Positions 42,473 through 52,192 of a stretch of 64,000 nt of DNA are shown piece by piece. The stretch spans positions 384,001 to 448,000 of the forward strand of contig CBDCRW010000005.1 of assembly GCA_965221125.1 (NCBI GenBank), given 5' to 3'. The notes beneath the pieces were generated by a model. It had not been told where the DNA came from. It was given only the letters and a program-made list of their open reading frames with translations, and ran no database searches. The DNA comes from Alphaproteobacteria bacterium (GTDB taxonomy: Bacteria; Pseudomonadota; Alphaproteobacteria; UBA828). The translations under genes and the position numbers were made by a program. Each line of letters starts with the position of its first letter. Within the stretch, counting starts at the first letter, position 1.

Positions 42473-43951
42473 TCAAATCAACGACCCCTGGCCGTCGTCC
42501 TCATCCCGTGCGGTTTTGCGGGGCCTGGGCTTCCCGGCCGCGCGGGCGGCGGCGCGGCCGTCGTGGAATTCGAGGGAGAGCGCGGCGCCGGACTTCACCG
42601 CCGCAGCGCTGGTCACGGGCCGCTCCCGCTGGTCGCGCACCACCGCGAAGCCCCGCGCGAGCACGCCCCGATAGGAATAGCTTTCGAGCAGGCGCGCCGC
42701 CGTCTCGATCCGTGCCGCCCGCTCGCTCAGCGCAGCGCGCCGGGCGTGGCGCAGCCGGCCGGCCAGCAGCTCCGTGCCCCGGCGCTCCCAGTCGATGCGG
42801 GCGGCGGGGTGCCCGGCCGCAAGGCGTTCGGTCGCGTGCCCGAGCTGCTGGCGCTTGAGCGCGAGGAGCTGGCGCGGACGGAGCGGCCGGAGCCGGTCCA
42901 CGGCTTGCCGCTCCGCGCCCAACCGGCCGCGCACGCCGCGGCCTAAACGTTCCGACCAGTCGTCGAGGCGCTGGCTCGCCGTGGCGAGGCGGTCCCGCGC
43001 CGCCGGCAGGCCGCGCCCGAGCCCGTCGACACGAGCGCGCCGCTCGGCGATCAGCCGGCGGAGCGACGCGCCAAGCCGATGCTCCAGGCTCTGCGCGCGC
43101 TCCAGCAGGTCGGCGCGCACCGGCACGGCCATCTCGGCGGCGGCCGTCGGCGTGGGCGCGCGGCGGTCGGCGGCGAGGTCGATCAGCGTCACGTCGGTCT
43201 CGTGGCCCACGGCGGAAATCAGCGGAATCTCGCTCGCGGCCGCCGCGCGCACCACGACCTCCTCGTTGAAGGCCCACAGATCCTCCAGGCTACCGCCGCC
43301 GCGGGCGACGATCAGCACGTCCGGCCGCGGCACGGCCCCTTGCGTATCGAGGCGGTTGAAGCCCGCGATGGCCGCCGCGATTTCCTCCGCCGCGCCCGCG
43401 CCCTGCACCTTGACCGGCCAGACCAGCACGCGGCGGGGGAAGCGGTCCTCGATGCGATGCAGGATGTCGCGGATCACCGCGCCGGTGGGCGAAGTCACGA
43501 CGCCGACGGTCTCCGGCAGGTAGGGCAGATCGCGCTTGCGCGCCTCGTCGAAGAGGCCCTCGTCGGCGAGCGCCTTCTTGCGCGCCTCCAGCAGCGCCAG
43601 CAGCGCGCCCGCGCCGGAAAGCTCCAGCCGCTCCACCACGATCTGGTAGCGCGAGCGCCCCGGATAGGTGCTGATCTTGCCGGTGGCGACGACCTCCAGC
43701 CCGTCCTCCGGCGCGATGCCGAGCCGGCCGGCGACGCCCCGCCAGCACACCGCGTCCAGCACCGCGTCCGCGTCCTTGAGCGCGAAGTAGAGGTGGCCCG
43801 ACGCGGCCCGCTTGAAGCCCGAGACCTCGCCCCGCACGCTCACCCAGGCGAACTCGCCCTCGACCACGCGCTTCAGCGCCTGCGATAGCTCGCCGACCGT
43901 GAGCACGGGCCGGTTGCTGCCGTCGGCGAGGGTGCCGTCCGCCTCCGTCAT
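42473..43951 (-). CDS. xseA: Exodeoxyribonuclease VII large subunit
   Basis: SGHLYFALKD, TSPTGAVIRDI, RGGGSLEDLWAFNEE, SAVGHETD, APTPTAAAE. Confidence 0.95.
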   Translation of the reverse strand: MTEADGTLADGSNRPVLTVGELSQALKRVVEGEFAWVSVRGEVSGFKRAASGHLYFALKDADAVLDAVCWRGVAGRLGIAPEDGLEVVATGKISTYPGRSRYQIVVERLELSGAGALLALLEARKKALADEGLFDEARKRDLPYLPETVGVVTSPTGAVIRDILHRIEDRFPRRVLVWPVKVQGAGAAEEIAAAIAGFNRLDTQGAVPRPDVLIVARGGGSLEDLWAFNEEVVVRAAAASEIPLISAVGHETDVTLIDLAADRRAPTPTAAAEMAVPVRADLLERAQSLEHRLGASLRRLIAERRARVDGLGRGLPAARDRLATASQRLDDWSERLGRGVRGRLGAERQAVDRLRPLRPRQLLALKRQQLGHATERLAAGHPAARIDWERRGTELLAGRLRHARRAALSERAARIETAARLLESYSYRGVLARGFAVVRDQRERPVTSAAAVKSGAALSLEFHDGRAAARAAGKPRPRKTARDEDDGQGSLI

Positions 43952-43973
43952 CGCCGCTCGGTGACCGCCGCCA

Positions 43974-44789
43974 TCAGGGGGCGAAGAAGGCGAGGGTGCG
44001 GGATTCGATGCTCTGGCGCGGGCGCGCGTCCGCCGGCGCGTTGGGGTCGGCGAAAGCGGTGTGCGCGGTGAACCGCGCCCGGCCGTCGGCGAGCGAATCG
44101 AAGGTCTTGAAGATCAGCGCCTCGCCGGGCGCCATCTCGGGAAAGTAGAACCAGCGGTGGCCGGGATTGTGGCTGAGCTGCATCACCTCGCCGACGCGGT
44201 GGGTGTAGACCAGATCGGTGAGCACGAAGTCGCCCTCGTCGATGCTCTGGGCGTCGCAGATGGCGAGCGGCATGTCCTGCACCGGGCCCGCGATGGGCCG
44301 CCAGACCTGCACCACGGCGAAGCGATGCCGCAGCAGCTCCTCCGCGCGATCCGCCGGCAGCAGGTCGCGCACCCGCTGCGGGGCCGAGCGTTTGGTGTAG
44401 TCGTTGTGCGCGACGTGCACGGGCTCGCGCACCTTGCGCTCGGTCCTGAGCGAGTCGTCGGCGACGCGGATGGTGTGGTCGAAGACCACGACGTCCGCCG
44501 CGCCGCTCGCCGCCTTCACCAGCCGCTCGACCTCCGGGCTGTAGACCGCCTCGATCTCGTCCTTGTCGTAGAAGTTCGAGACCGCGCTTCCTTCGGTGTT
44601 GAAAGTGAAGCCCTCGCGCTCCAGGTCGAGGGCATCCGCCGTCGGCCGGGCGTCGCGGATCGTAACCTCGACCTCCCGGTACTCGGCGTTGCGCTGTGCC
44701 GGCTTCTTGCCCGGATTGGTGAGGTAAGTGACCGGCTTCTCGTCGGTCGGCAGGATATAGTTGATCGCGGCATGGACGGCTCCGGACAT
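43974..44789 (-). CDS. CmcJ/NvfI (AsaB-like) family oxidoreductase
   Basis: FDHTIR, AHNDYT, VWRPI..PV.D.PLA.CD, H.W.Y.P.M, AHTAF, RQSIESR. Confidence 0.8.
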   Translation of the reverse strand: MSGAVHAAINYILPTDEKPVTYLTNPGKKPAQRNAEYREVEVTIRDARPTADALDLEREGFTFNTEGSAVSNFYDKDEIEAVYSPEVERLVKAASGAADVVVFDHTIRVADDSLRTERKVREPVHVAHNDYTKRSAPQRVRDLLPADRAEELLRHRFAVVQVWRPIAGPVQDMPLAICDAQSIDEGDFVLTDLVYTHRVGEVMQLSHNPGHRWFYFPEMAPGEALIFKTFDSLADGRARFTAHTAFADPNAPADARPRQSIESRTLAFFAP

Positions 44790-44887
44790 GGCGGCGTTCT
44801 CTTTGGCTTGAAGGGTGCTGCGGCGGCAGAGCTTAACCCGAAGATCGGTCTGCGGCGATACCAGCGTCTCTCAAATGCCAGCGTCGC

Positions 44888-46909
44888 TCAAACGGCGGCG
44901 ATCTCGACCTCGACGCCGTGGACGCAGGTGCTCTCCCCCATGTCCGACTTGATGCCGGGGTTGAGCACGTTGACGTTGGCCCTGGTGCCCTCCTGGCGGG
45001 GCCAGCGGCCCTTGGGGCTGAGCGCCACGCCCTGCGGGATGGTCTCGGCCACGGCCAGCGCAAGCTCCAGGCTGCCGGTCTCGTTGCTGAGCCGCACCCG
45101 TTGCCCGTCCGCGAGCCCGCGTGCCTCGGCGTCCGCCGGGTGCAGCGTCACCGTCGCCGCGCCCATGCGGTCCGCGATCCGCTCGTCGTTGGCGTAGGAA
45201 TCGTTCATGAGCCAGGGCGAGGCCGGCGTCAGCAGGCGCAGCCTGCCGCTCTCCGGCCGGGGGTCGGCATCTGCCAGCGGCAGGCGCGGGTGCCCGTCCG
45301 CCTCGGCGCGGGCAGACGTGATCTCGATCTTCCCGCTCGGCGTCGGGAAGGCGAGGTCAGGAAACTGGATGATCGGCTCCGCCGTCGGGAACACCGTGCC
45401 GGCCTTCTTGAAGTCCTCGAACGAGCCCGCGACGCCCACCTGGCCCATGACGCGCTCGATGATCTCGTCATCGGGTTCGTAGAGCTCCGGCTCCGCGTAG
45501 CCCATGGCGTGCGCGAGGCGCCGAAAAATCTCCTGGTTGGGGAGCGAGTCTCCAAGCGGCTCCTGCAGCCTCGCCTGCGCGGACATCGAGAGGTTGAAGT
45601 AGCCCGAGACCAGGTCGTCGAATTCCAGGAACGACGCCGCCGGCAGCACGTAGTCGGCGTAATCCGCGGTGTCGGTCTGAAAGATGTCCACGACCACGGT
45701 GAAGAGGTCTTCGCGCATCAGCGCCCGGCGGAAGCGCGCCTGCTCGGGGCTGGAGGCCGCCGGGTTGATGTTCCAGCAGAGGAAGGCCTGGATGTCCGCC
45801 GGGTCCTCCAGCCGGGCCGCAAGCTCCATCTGGCTGAAGCTCGGCGGGCTCCGGCTCAGCGCGGCGCCTGACAGGTAGTCGCCGTCCACCCCCTTGCGCG
45901 CGCCGCCGTTGAGGTAGAGCAGCCCGGCGCCGGGCTTGCCGAAGTTGCCGGTGACCGCCGGCAGCAGAGCGCAGGCACGGATCACGTTGCCGCCCATGGC
46001 TTGGCGTTGCAGCCCCTGGCCGAGCCAGAGCAGCGCCGGGCCTGCGCCGTAGATCCGCGCCACTTCTTCGATCTGCGCGGCCGGCACGCCGGTCCGCGCC
46101 TCGCCCCAGGCCGGCGTGCACGGCAGGGTGGCGGGCTCCAGCTCGTCCCAGCCGATCGTGTGCGCGTCGAGGAAGGCGCGGTCGATCAGCCTGTCGCGCA
46201 CCAGCACGTGGACCATGGCGAAGGCCAGCGCCGCATCGCTGCCGGGGAAGGGCTGCACGTGGATGTCGGCCTGCTCGGCGGTCGGGTGACGCACCGGGTC
46301 GACCACGATCACCGTGCCCGGCGCCTCCTTCAGCCAGTGCTTGTGCTGGTGCGGCGCGGACGCAGACGGGTTCGCGCCCCAGACGACGATCGAGTGCGCG
46401 TCCTTCGCGGTGCGCGGGTCGAAGCCGATCCCCGACGAGCCGATGGCGTAGTCGAGCGCCACGTGACCCGCCATGTTGCACACCGTGTCGGGCTCGACCT
46501 CGCGGGCGCCCAGGCGGCCCAAAAAACGCATCGGGAAGTTGTTGGCGATCAGCGAGCAGGTGCCGGTGTAGTGGGCGTGCACGATCCTGTCGGCGCCGTC
46601 GCCCGCCGCGATCTCCTTGAAGCGCCCGGCGATCGCGCCCAAGGCCTCGTCCCACGAGACCGGCTCGAAGCGCCCCTCCCCCTTGGCGCCGGCGCGCCTG
46701 AGCGGCGTCTGCAGCCGCACCTCCGGGTCGCGGAAGACGCCGTTGTACGCGAGCGCGCACTTGCCGCAGAGCGCGCCCCGGCTCACCGGGTGGTCCGGGT
46801 CGCCGAGCACGCGGGTGATCGCGCCGTCCCGCTTGATCGCGACGATGCCGCAGGCGTCGTAGCAGTCCCGCGGGCAGGTGGTCTTCAGGACTTCCTTCTC
46901 GCCCGGCAT
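44888..46909 (-). CDS. Molybdopterin (bis-MGD) oxidoreductase, uncharacterised subfamily
   Basis: TTCPRDCYDAC...LCGK Fe-S motif, WGANP, TADYADYVLPAA..LE, C-terminal molydop-binding domain; RBS GGAGG before ATG 46909. Confidence 0.88.
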   Translation of the reverse strand: MPGEKEVLKTTCPRDCYDACGIVAIKRDGAITRVLGDPDHPVSRGALCGKCALAYNGVFRDPEVRLQTPLRRAGAKGEGRFEPVSWDEALGAIAGRFKEIAAGDGADRIVHAHYTGTCSLIANNFPMRFLGRLGAREVEPDTVCNMAGHVALDYAIGSSGIGFDPRTAKDAHSIVVWGANPSASAPHQHKHWLKEAPGTVIVVDPVRHPTAEQADIHVQPFPGSDAALAFAMVHVLVRDRLIDRAFLDAHTIGWDELEPATLPCTPAWGEARTGVPAAQIEEVARIYGAGPALLWLGQGLQRQAMGGNVIRACALLPAVTGNFGKPGAGLLYLNGGARKGVDGDYLSGAALSRSPPSFSQMELAARLEDPADIQAFLCWNINPAASSPEQARFRRALMREDLFTVVVDIFQTDTADYADYVLPAASFLEFDDLVSGYFNLSMSAQARLQEPLGDSLPNQEIFRRLAHAMGYAEPELYEPDDEIIERVMGQVGVAGSFEDFKKAGTVFPTAEPIIQFPDLAFPTPSGKIEITSARAEADGHPRLPLADADPRPESGRLRLLTPASPWLMNDSYANDERIADRMGAATVTLHPADAEARGLADGQRVRLSNETGSLELALAVAETIPQGVALSPKGRWPRQEGTRANVNVLNPGIKSDMGESTCVHGVEVEIAAV

Positions 46910-46976
46910 GGCGGCCTCCAGGATCAGATGCTGAGCCTCAAGGTAGCGCGCCGGGCGCTGCGCCGGAACCCCGTGC

Positions 46977-47124
46977 AGGAGCGCGTCCGACATTGACGGA
47001 CGTGCGACAGGCCGCGACAGCGGCCCGCCGCGAATGGGGCGCCCTCGCGGAGGCGCTGGCCGAAGGCCAGCTGCCGTGAGCGACAGAGACTTAGAGCGTT
47101 TCCGTGCAAAACGGAAACGCTCTA
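46977..47124 (+). repeat. Repeat family A, complete short form
   Basis: GAGCGCGTCCGACATTGACGGACG ... GCTGGCC-GAA-GGCCAGC ... TAGAGCGTTTCCGTGCAAAACGGAAACGCTCTA. Confidence 0.9.
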
Positions 47125-47158
47125 AGCTCCACGCCATGCAAAGGGAGGACAGGCCACG

Positions 47159-47992
47159 ATGCGGACGCTAAGGCTGCCGGGCGGCGACGAGGTGGTGGCG
47201 CTCGGCCAGGGTACGTGGCGCATGGGCGAGCGCCGGGCCGCGCGCAAGGACGAGGTGGCGGCGCTCCGCCACGGCATCGCCAACGGCATGACGCTGATCG
47301 ACACCGCCGAGATGTACGGCTCCGGCGGGTCGGAGCGCGTGGTGGGCGAGGCGATCCGCGGGCAGCGAGATCAGGTCTACATCGTGAGCAAGGTCCTGCC
47401 GTCCAACGCCGGGCGGAAGCGCATGGTGCGGTCCTGCGAGAAGAGCCTGAAGTGCCTGGGTACCGATTACCTCGACCTCTACCTGCTGCACTGGCGTAGC
47501 GGTGTTGCCCTGGACGAGGTCGTCGAGGGTTTTCTGGCGTTGCAGGAGTCCGGCAAGATTCGCCGCTTCGGGGTCAGCAACTTCGACATCGACGACATGG
47601 AGGATCTTTGGGGGACCCCGGACGGCCAGGGCTGCCAGACCAACCAGATCCTCTACAACCTCTCGCGGCGCTGGCCCGAGGCGGAGCTTCTGGCCTGGTC
47701 CCGCAGCCACGACCAGCCGCTCATGATCTACTCGCCGCTGGAGCAGGGCAGGCTGCCGGAAGGCGGCGCGCTCGGCGCCATCGCGGGCGCGCGCGGCGTC
47801 ACGCCCATGCAGGTGGCGCTCGCCTGGGTGCTTCGCCACGAGGACGTGTTCGTCGTGCCCAAGGCGAGCCGCATCGCCCACGTCGATGCCAACCTCGGCG
47901 CGCTCGACATCGCGCTCACCGCCGACGAGCTTGCCGCCCTGGACGCGGCCTTCCCGCCGCCCGAAGGCGCAGCCCCCCTCGAAATTCTCTAG
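47159..47992 (+). CDS. Aldo/keto reductase (YeaE-like)
   Basis: LGQGTW, IDTAEMYG, SKV, DLYLLHW, GVSNF, YSPL, PKAS. Confidence 0.92.
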   Translation: MRTLRLPGGDEVVALGQGTWRMGERRAARKDEVAALRHGIANGMTLIDTAEMYGSGGSERVVGEAIRGQRDQVYIVSKVLPSNAGRKRMVRSCEKSLKCLGTDYLDLYLLHWRSGVALDEVVEGFLALQESGKIRRFGVSNFDIDDMEDLWGTPDGQGCQTNQILYNLSRRWPEAELLAWSRSHDQPLMIYSPLEQGRLPEGGALGAIAGARGVTPMQVALAWVLRHEDVFVVPKASRIAHVDANLGALDIALTADELAALDAAFPPPEGAAPLEIL

Positions 47993-48131
47993 CCCGCATT
48001 TCTCACCAGGGTCACGGCCTGCGTCGCGTCCAGGCGTTCGATCCGCCAGGAGCGGGCCGAAAAGCGTATCGGGGAATACGGTTGAGGCCCGCGACGCCGC
48101 GGGCGGGCGCCTGGGCGCGACCCGAAGGGCG
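47990..48131 (+). repeat. Repeat family B MITE, left half only
   Basis: TA-GCCCGCATTTCTCACCAGGGTCACGGCC...CCCGAAGGGCG, nearly identical to 58075-58243 apart from an internal indel; starts at the AKR stop TAG; right TIR absent. Confidence 0.85.
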
Positions 48132-48136
48132 GCCTC

Positions 48137-49027
48137 TCACTCCCCCTGGCCGATCATCTTCATGATGCCGGAGAAATCGTCCGCCCCGTTGCCGGCGTTG
48201 CAGAAGAGCGTGTAGAGCGCCGCGGCCTCCGCGCCCAAGGGCGAAGCCGCGCCGGCGGACGCCGCCGCGGCCTGGGCGAGGCGGAGGTCCTTCAGCATCA
48301 TCTGGGCCGTGAAGCCCGGCGCGTAGTCGCGATTGGACGGCGCGGCCTCCACCGGCCCCGGCACCGGGCAGTAGGAGGTGAGCGCCCAGCACTGGCCGGT
48401 CGCCTTGGAGACGATGTCGAAGAGGGTCTGGCGCTCGAGCCCGAGCCGGTCGGCCATGCCGAAGGCCTCGCAGACCCCGATCATCGAGACCGCGAGGATC
48501 AGGTTGTTGCAGACCTTGGCCGTCTGGCCCGCGCCGGAGGCGCCGGCGTGGATCACGGCCTTGCCCATGTCGCCCAGCACCGGCCGCGCGCGCTCCACCG
48601 CGTCCACCTCGCCGCCCACCATAAAGGTGAGCGTGCCTGCCGCAGCGCCTGCGACACCGCCCGAGACCGGCGCATCCAGCAGCGGCCAGCCGCCGTCGGC
48701 CGCCGTCGCCGCGACCGCACGCGCCGTATCGACGTCGATGGTCGAGCAGTCGATGAGCAGCGTTCCGGGCGCCGCGGCGGAGAGCACGCCGCCCGCGCCG
48801 CGATAAACCTCCGAGACCTCGGCGCCTGCGGGAAGCATGGTGACGACCACCTCCCGCCCGGCCGCCGCCTCGGCGACCGACGCCGCCGTCGCGGCGCCCG
48901 CCTCGCGCGCCTTCGCCGCCGCGTCCGCGCTGATGTCGAAGGCGGCGACCGCATGGCCGGCCTTCGCCAGATTGGCGGCCATCGGCCCTCCCATGTTGCC
49001 GAGCCCGATGAAACCCACGTCAGCCAT
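48137..49027 (-). CDS. mmsB: 3-hydroxyisobutyrate dehydrogenase
   Basis: FIGLGNMG.PMA.NL, DAPVSGG, KVCNN, YCPVPG, MLKDL. Confidence 0.93.
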   Translation of the reverse strand: MADVGFIGLGNMGGPMAANLAKAGHAVAAFDISADAAAKAREAGAATAASVAEAAAGREVVVTMLPAGAEVSEVYRGAGGVLSAAAPGTLLIDCSTIDVDTARAVAATAADGGWPLLDAPVSGGVAGAAAGTLTFMVGGEVDAVERARPVLGDMGKAVIHAGASGAGQTAKVCNNLILAVSMIGVCEAFGMADRLGLERQTLFDIVSKATGQCWALTSYCPVPGPVEAAPSNRDYAPGFTAQMMLKDLRLAQAAAASAGAASPLGAEAAALYTLFCNAGNGADDFSGIMKMIGQGE

Positions 49028-49080
49028 GTCGGCGTCTCCCTCCAATATCCGTCAGCGGTCCGGGGACCGGCTGCGGCCGC

Positions 49081-50148
49081 TCACCACGTCATGTCGCCCT
49101 TGGGCGGCACCTCGAAATAGGCATCGACCGCCGCCGCCGTCACCTCTTCCAGCCGCGCCGGGCGCCAGGCCGGGTTGCGGTCCTTGTCGACGATCTGGGC
49201 GCGGATCCCTTCGAAGAAATCCACGCCCAGGTTGCAGTGCATGGCGAGGCGGTATTCCAGCGCCATCGCCTCCTCGAAGTCCCGCTCGCCGTACTCCGTA
49301 AGCTGCTTGTGCGTGACCTTGAGGCTGGTCGGCGACTTCTGGGCGAGCGTCGCCAGCGTCTCAGCCGCCCAGTCCGAGCCCTCGGCCTCGAGGTTGGCCA
49401 CGATCTCCTCCACCGAGCCTGCGGCGAAGCAGCGGTCGATCTCCGCCTGCCGCGCGGCCAGCGGCGCGGGGCCCAAGTCCGCGGCGCTCTCCGCCAGCAT
49501 CCGCTCGATGGCCGCGCCCGCGTCGCCGCCGAGGTCCGCCGCCAACAGGGTCTCGTCCAGCGCCTGCAGCGCATCGCTCTGCACCACGTGCGTGGCGAGG
49601 CCGAGATAGAGCGAGTCCGCAGCCCCGATGCGCGCACCCGTGAGGCCGAGGTAGAGCCCGGCCCGACCCCTCAGCCTCGGCAGGAAATAGGTGGCGCCCA
49701 CGTCGGGGAAGAGCCCGATCCCGGTCTCCGGCATGGCGAAGAGCGCGCGCTCGGTCATCACCCGGTGCGAGCCGTGGATCGAGATGCCGACGCCGCCCCC
49801 CATGACGACGCCGTCGATCAGCGCGACGTAGGGCTTCGGGTAGCGGAAGATGAAGGTGTTGAGCCGGTACTCCTGCGCGTAGAAGACCGTGGCGAAGCGG
49901 CGCTCGGGATCGCCCTGCTCGCCGTAGAGCAGGCGGATGTCGCCGCCGGCGCAGAAGGGCACGCGCCCGTCGTCGCGCGCAGCCCCGCGGACGACCACGG
50001 CGGTGATGGACGGGTCCTCCGCCCATTCCTTCAGCCGCGCGTCGAGGCCCAGCACCATGGGCTGAGTCAGCGCGTTCAGCGCCTTCGGCCGGTTCAGCGT
50101 CACGCTGCCGATCCGGCCCTTCCGCTCCAGGATGATCTCGTCGCTCAC
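49081..50148 (-). CDS. 3-hydroxyisobutyryl-CoA hydrolase (crotonase family)
   Basis: LNRPKALNAL, FCAGGDI, MGGGVG, MPETGIGLFPDVG, EGIRA..VDKD..P.W; upstream of mmsB. Confidence 0.9.
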   Translation of the reverse strand: MSDEIILERKGRIGSVTLNRPKALNALTQPMVLGLDARLKEWAEDPSITAVVVRGAARDDGRVPFCAGGDIRLLYGEQGDPERRFATVFYAQEYRLNTFIFRYPKPYVALIDGVVMGGGVGISIHGSHRVMTERALFAMPETGIGLFPDVGATYFLPRLRGRAGLYLGLTGARIGAADSLYLGLATHVVQSDALQALDETLLAADLGGDAGAAIERMLAESAADLGPAPLAARQAEIDRCFAAGSVEEIVANLEAEGSDWAAETLATLAQKSPTSLKVTHKQLTEYGERDFEEAMALEYRLAMHCNLGVDFFEGIRAQIVDKDRNPAWRPARLEEVTAAAVDAYFEVPPKGDMTW

Positions 50149-50219
50149 GGCTGCTCCGCTCGATGGCCGGCGCATCCTACTCGCGAGCGTTGTGGTCTGC
50201 ACGGCACTTTGCACCCGGC

Positions 50220-50262
50220 ATGATCCACGTCATACCCGCGCCTGCGGCCGGTGGCCTAAACT
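50220..50262 (+). promoter_or_regulatory. Putative FNR/FixK-type site and -10 for the usp gene
   Basis: ATGATCCACGTCAT (50220-50233) resembles TTGAY-N4-RTCAA; TAAACT at 50257-50262 would place the site centre near -42. Confidence 0.4.
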
Positions 50263-50336
50263 GGCGCAGTCCGGGCCGGATGCCGCCTTGGGTCCCGATT
50301 CCGGGCAACGGACGCTGCGGAGAAGGAGGCTTGACC

Positions 50337-51158
50337 ATGGCCTACAAGGAAATCGTCGTGCACGTGGCTCCCGACGAGCGTGCGCCCCAGCGGCTCGATG
50401 CCGCGGTCGAGCTGGCCGAACGCCACGACGGCAAGGTGATCGGCCTTTACGCGCTGACCCGGCTCGTCGTCCCCGGCTTCGCGAGCTTCGAGCTCTCCAC
50501 GGAGGTCTACAAGCGGCTGGACACGGAGCAGCGCGCGCTCGCCGAAGCGGCCGAACGTCGCTTCACCGAGCGGATGGCGAAATCCACGGCTGCGTCCGAG
50601 TGGCGGCTGACCACGGGCGAGGCCGTCGACGCGGTCACGACCAGCGCGCACTACGCCGACATCACCGTGGTGGGCCAGACCGACCCGGACGACAGCCACA
50701 GTGTCGCCGGGATGGCAGACAGCGTGGTGCTGGGCGCCGGCGGCCCCGTGCTCGTCTGGCCCTACGCGGGCACCTTCAGCGTCAACGCGGAGACGGTCAT
50801 GCTCGCCTGGAACGGTACCCGCGAGGCGAAGCGGGCGCTCTCCGATGCGCTGCCCCTGATGCAGCAGGCGGAGAAGGTGATCGTGCTCGGCATCGACACC
50901 GGCGACGGCAAGCACATACCGGGCGCCGACGTCAGCGCCTACCTCGCGCGCCACGGCGTCAACGCGGAGGCCCGGCACACGGTGAGCTCGTCGGACCTCG
51001 GCGCTAGCGACGCCCTTCTCTCCGAGATCAGCGATCACGGGGCGAACCTCCTCGTCATGGGCGGCTACGGCCACCACCGCATGCGCGAAGTGCTGCTGGG
51101 CGGCGTCACGCGCGACATCCTGCGTCAGATGACCGTTCCGGTCCTGATGTCGCATTAG
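50337..51158 (+). CDS. Universal stress protein (tandem USP domains)
   Basis: MAYKEIVVHV, AWNGTREAKRA, LLVMGGYGH.R.RE.LLGGVT..IL..MTVPVLMSH; RBS AAGGAGG. Confidence 0.92.
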   Translation: MAYKEIVVHVAPDERAPQRLDAAVELAERHDGKVIGLYALTRLVVPGFASFELSTEVYKRLDTEQRALAEAAERRFTERMAKSTAASEWRLTTGEAVDAVTTSAHYADITVVGQTDPDDSHSVAGMADSVVLGAGGPVLVWPYAGTFSVNAETVMLAWNGTREAKRALSDALPLMQQAEKVIVLGIDTGDGKHIPGADVSAYLARHGVNAEARHTVSSSDLGASDALLSEISDHGANLLVMGGYGHHRMREVLLGGVTRDILRQMTVPVLMSH

Positions 51159-51201
51159 CTTGATCTATCGTGTGATCGTCTGACACGAAATCACGCTAAT
51201 G
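51153..51201. repeat. Imperfect palindrome over the usp stop codon (terminator or third repeat family)
   Basis: CATTAGC-TTGAT..CGTGT ... ACACG..ATCA-C-GCTAATG. Confidence 0.5.
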
Positions 51202-51270
51202 ATCGCAGGCGGCCGCCGCCGCCTGCACTCGCACGCGCCGGATCGCCCGCCACCCGCGTCAGGGCATTTC

Positions 51271-51409
51271 TGGAGCGCGTCCGACCATGACGGACGCGCG
51301 ACAAGCGGCCCGCCGCGAATGCGGCGCGCCCGCGCAGGCATCGGCCGAAGGCCGACTGCCGTGAGCGATAAAGACTCAGAGCGTTTCCGTGCAAAACGGA
51401 AACGCTCTA
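51271..51409 (+). repeat. Repeat family A, complete short form
   Basis: GAGCGCGTCCGACCATGACGGACGCGC ... TCGGCC-GAA-GGCCGA ... AGAGCGTTTCCGTGCAAAACGGAAACGCTCTA. Confidence 0.9.
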
Positions 51410-51489
51410 ATGTCTCGTGCGAGGCTGGCCGGGTAGACTGCCGCCGACGCCCGGACGCGCCCGGCGCAGGGCACGACGCGAGAGCAGGC

Positions 51490-52143
51490 ATGAGCAGGAC
51501 GATGCGGGCGAAGGCCGGAGCCGACGCCCCGGAACCCCGAATTCGGGCCAGGAACAAGGCGCGGATTCTGAACGCCGCCGTCGATCTCTTCGCCGACAAG
51601 GGTTTTCATGGCACGCACGTGAAGGAGATCGCGCTGGCGAGCGGCCTGCCCAAGACCAACGTCTACTACTATTTCCCGACCAAGGAGAGCATCTACACGG
51701 CCCTGATCGAGCGGCTGATCGAGGGCTGGGACCTCGCCTTCGAGCACATCGTGGCCGAGCGCGCGCCGCGCGATGCCATCGCCGCCTACATCCGCGCGAA
51801 GCTCGAGTACTCGCGCCTGCACGCCGCCGAATCCCGCTTCTTCGCCAACGAGATCCTGCGCGGCGCGACGTTCCTGGAGCGCCGCCAGCGCCGGCACATC
51901 TGCGACGTCACCACCCAGCGCGCCCATGTGGTGGAGGAATGGATCCGCACGGGCCAGATGGCGCCGGTGGACCCGCGCCACTTCTTCATCATGCTGTGGT
52001 CGGCGACCCAGTTCTATGCGGATTTCGGCGTGCTCGCCGCGGACGTGCTGGAGAAGCGCCGGCTCACGCGGAAGGACTTCGACGACGCGGCCAAGACCAT
52101 GACCCGGGTCATCCTGGACGGCTGCTGCACGTCGCGCCGGTAG
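51490..52143 (+). CDS. TetR family regulator (RutR-like)
   Basis: HTH ILNAAVDLFADKGF..IA..SGLPKTNVYYYF.TKE; RutR-type C-terminus SRFFANEI and WSATQFYADF. Confidence 0.88.
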   Translation: MSRTMRAKAGADAPEPRIRARNKARILNAAVDLFADKGFHGTHVKEIALASGLPKTNVYYYFPTKESIYTALIERLIEGWDLAFEHIVAERAPRDAIAAYIRAKLEYSRLHAAESRFFANEILRGATFLERRQRRHICDVTTQRAHVVEEWIRTGQMAPVDPRHFFIMLWSATQFYADFGVLAADVLEKRRLTRKDFDDAAKTMTRVILDGCCTSRR

Positions 52144-52192
52144 GCGCGCGGAATCAAATGACGGCCGGCTGCCGCGAGCGATAAACGCTCTG
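52141..52192 (+). repeat. Repeat family A, internally deleted remnant
   Basis: TAGGCGCGCG..TGACGG-CCGGCTGCCGCGAGCGATAAA-CGCTCT; starts at the tetR stop. Confidence 0.55.

Noticed and set aside
46910-47137. N-terminal extensions of the Mo-oxidoreductase (ORF from 47137) and of TetR (ORF from 51199) through family A repeats
   Set aside because: The frames are open across the repeats, but family-typical starts lie downstream (46909 with an RBS; 51490). Nothing indicates that the extensions are translated.
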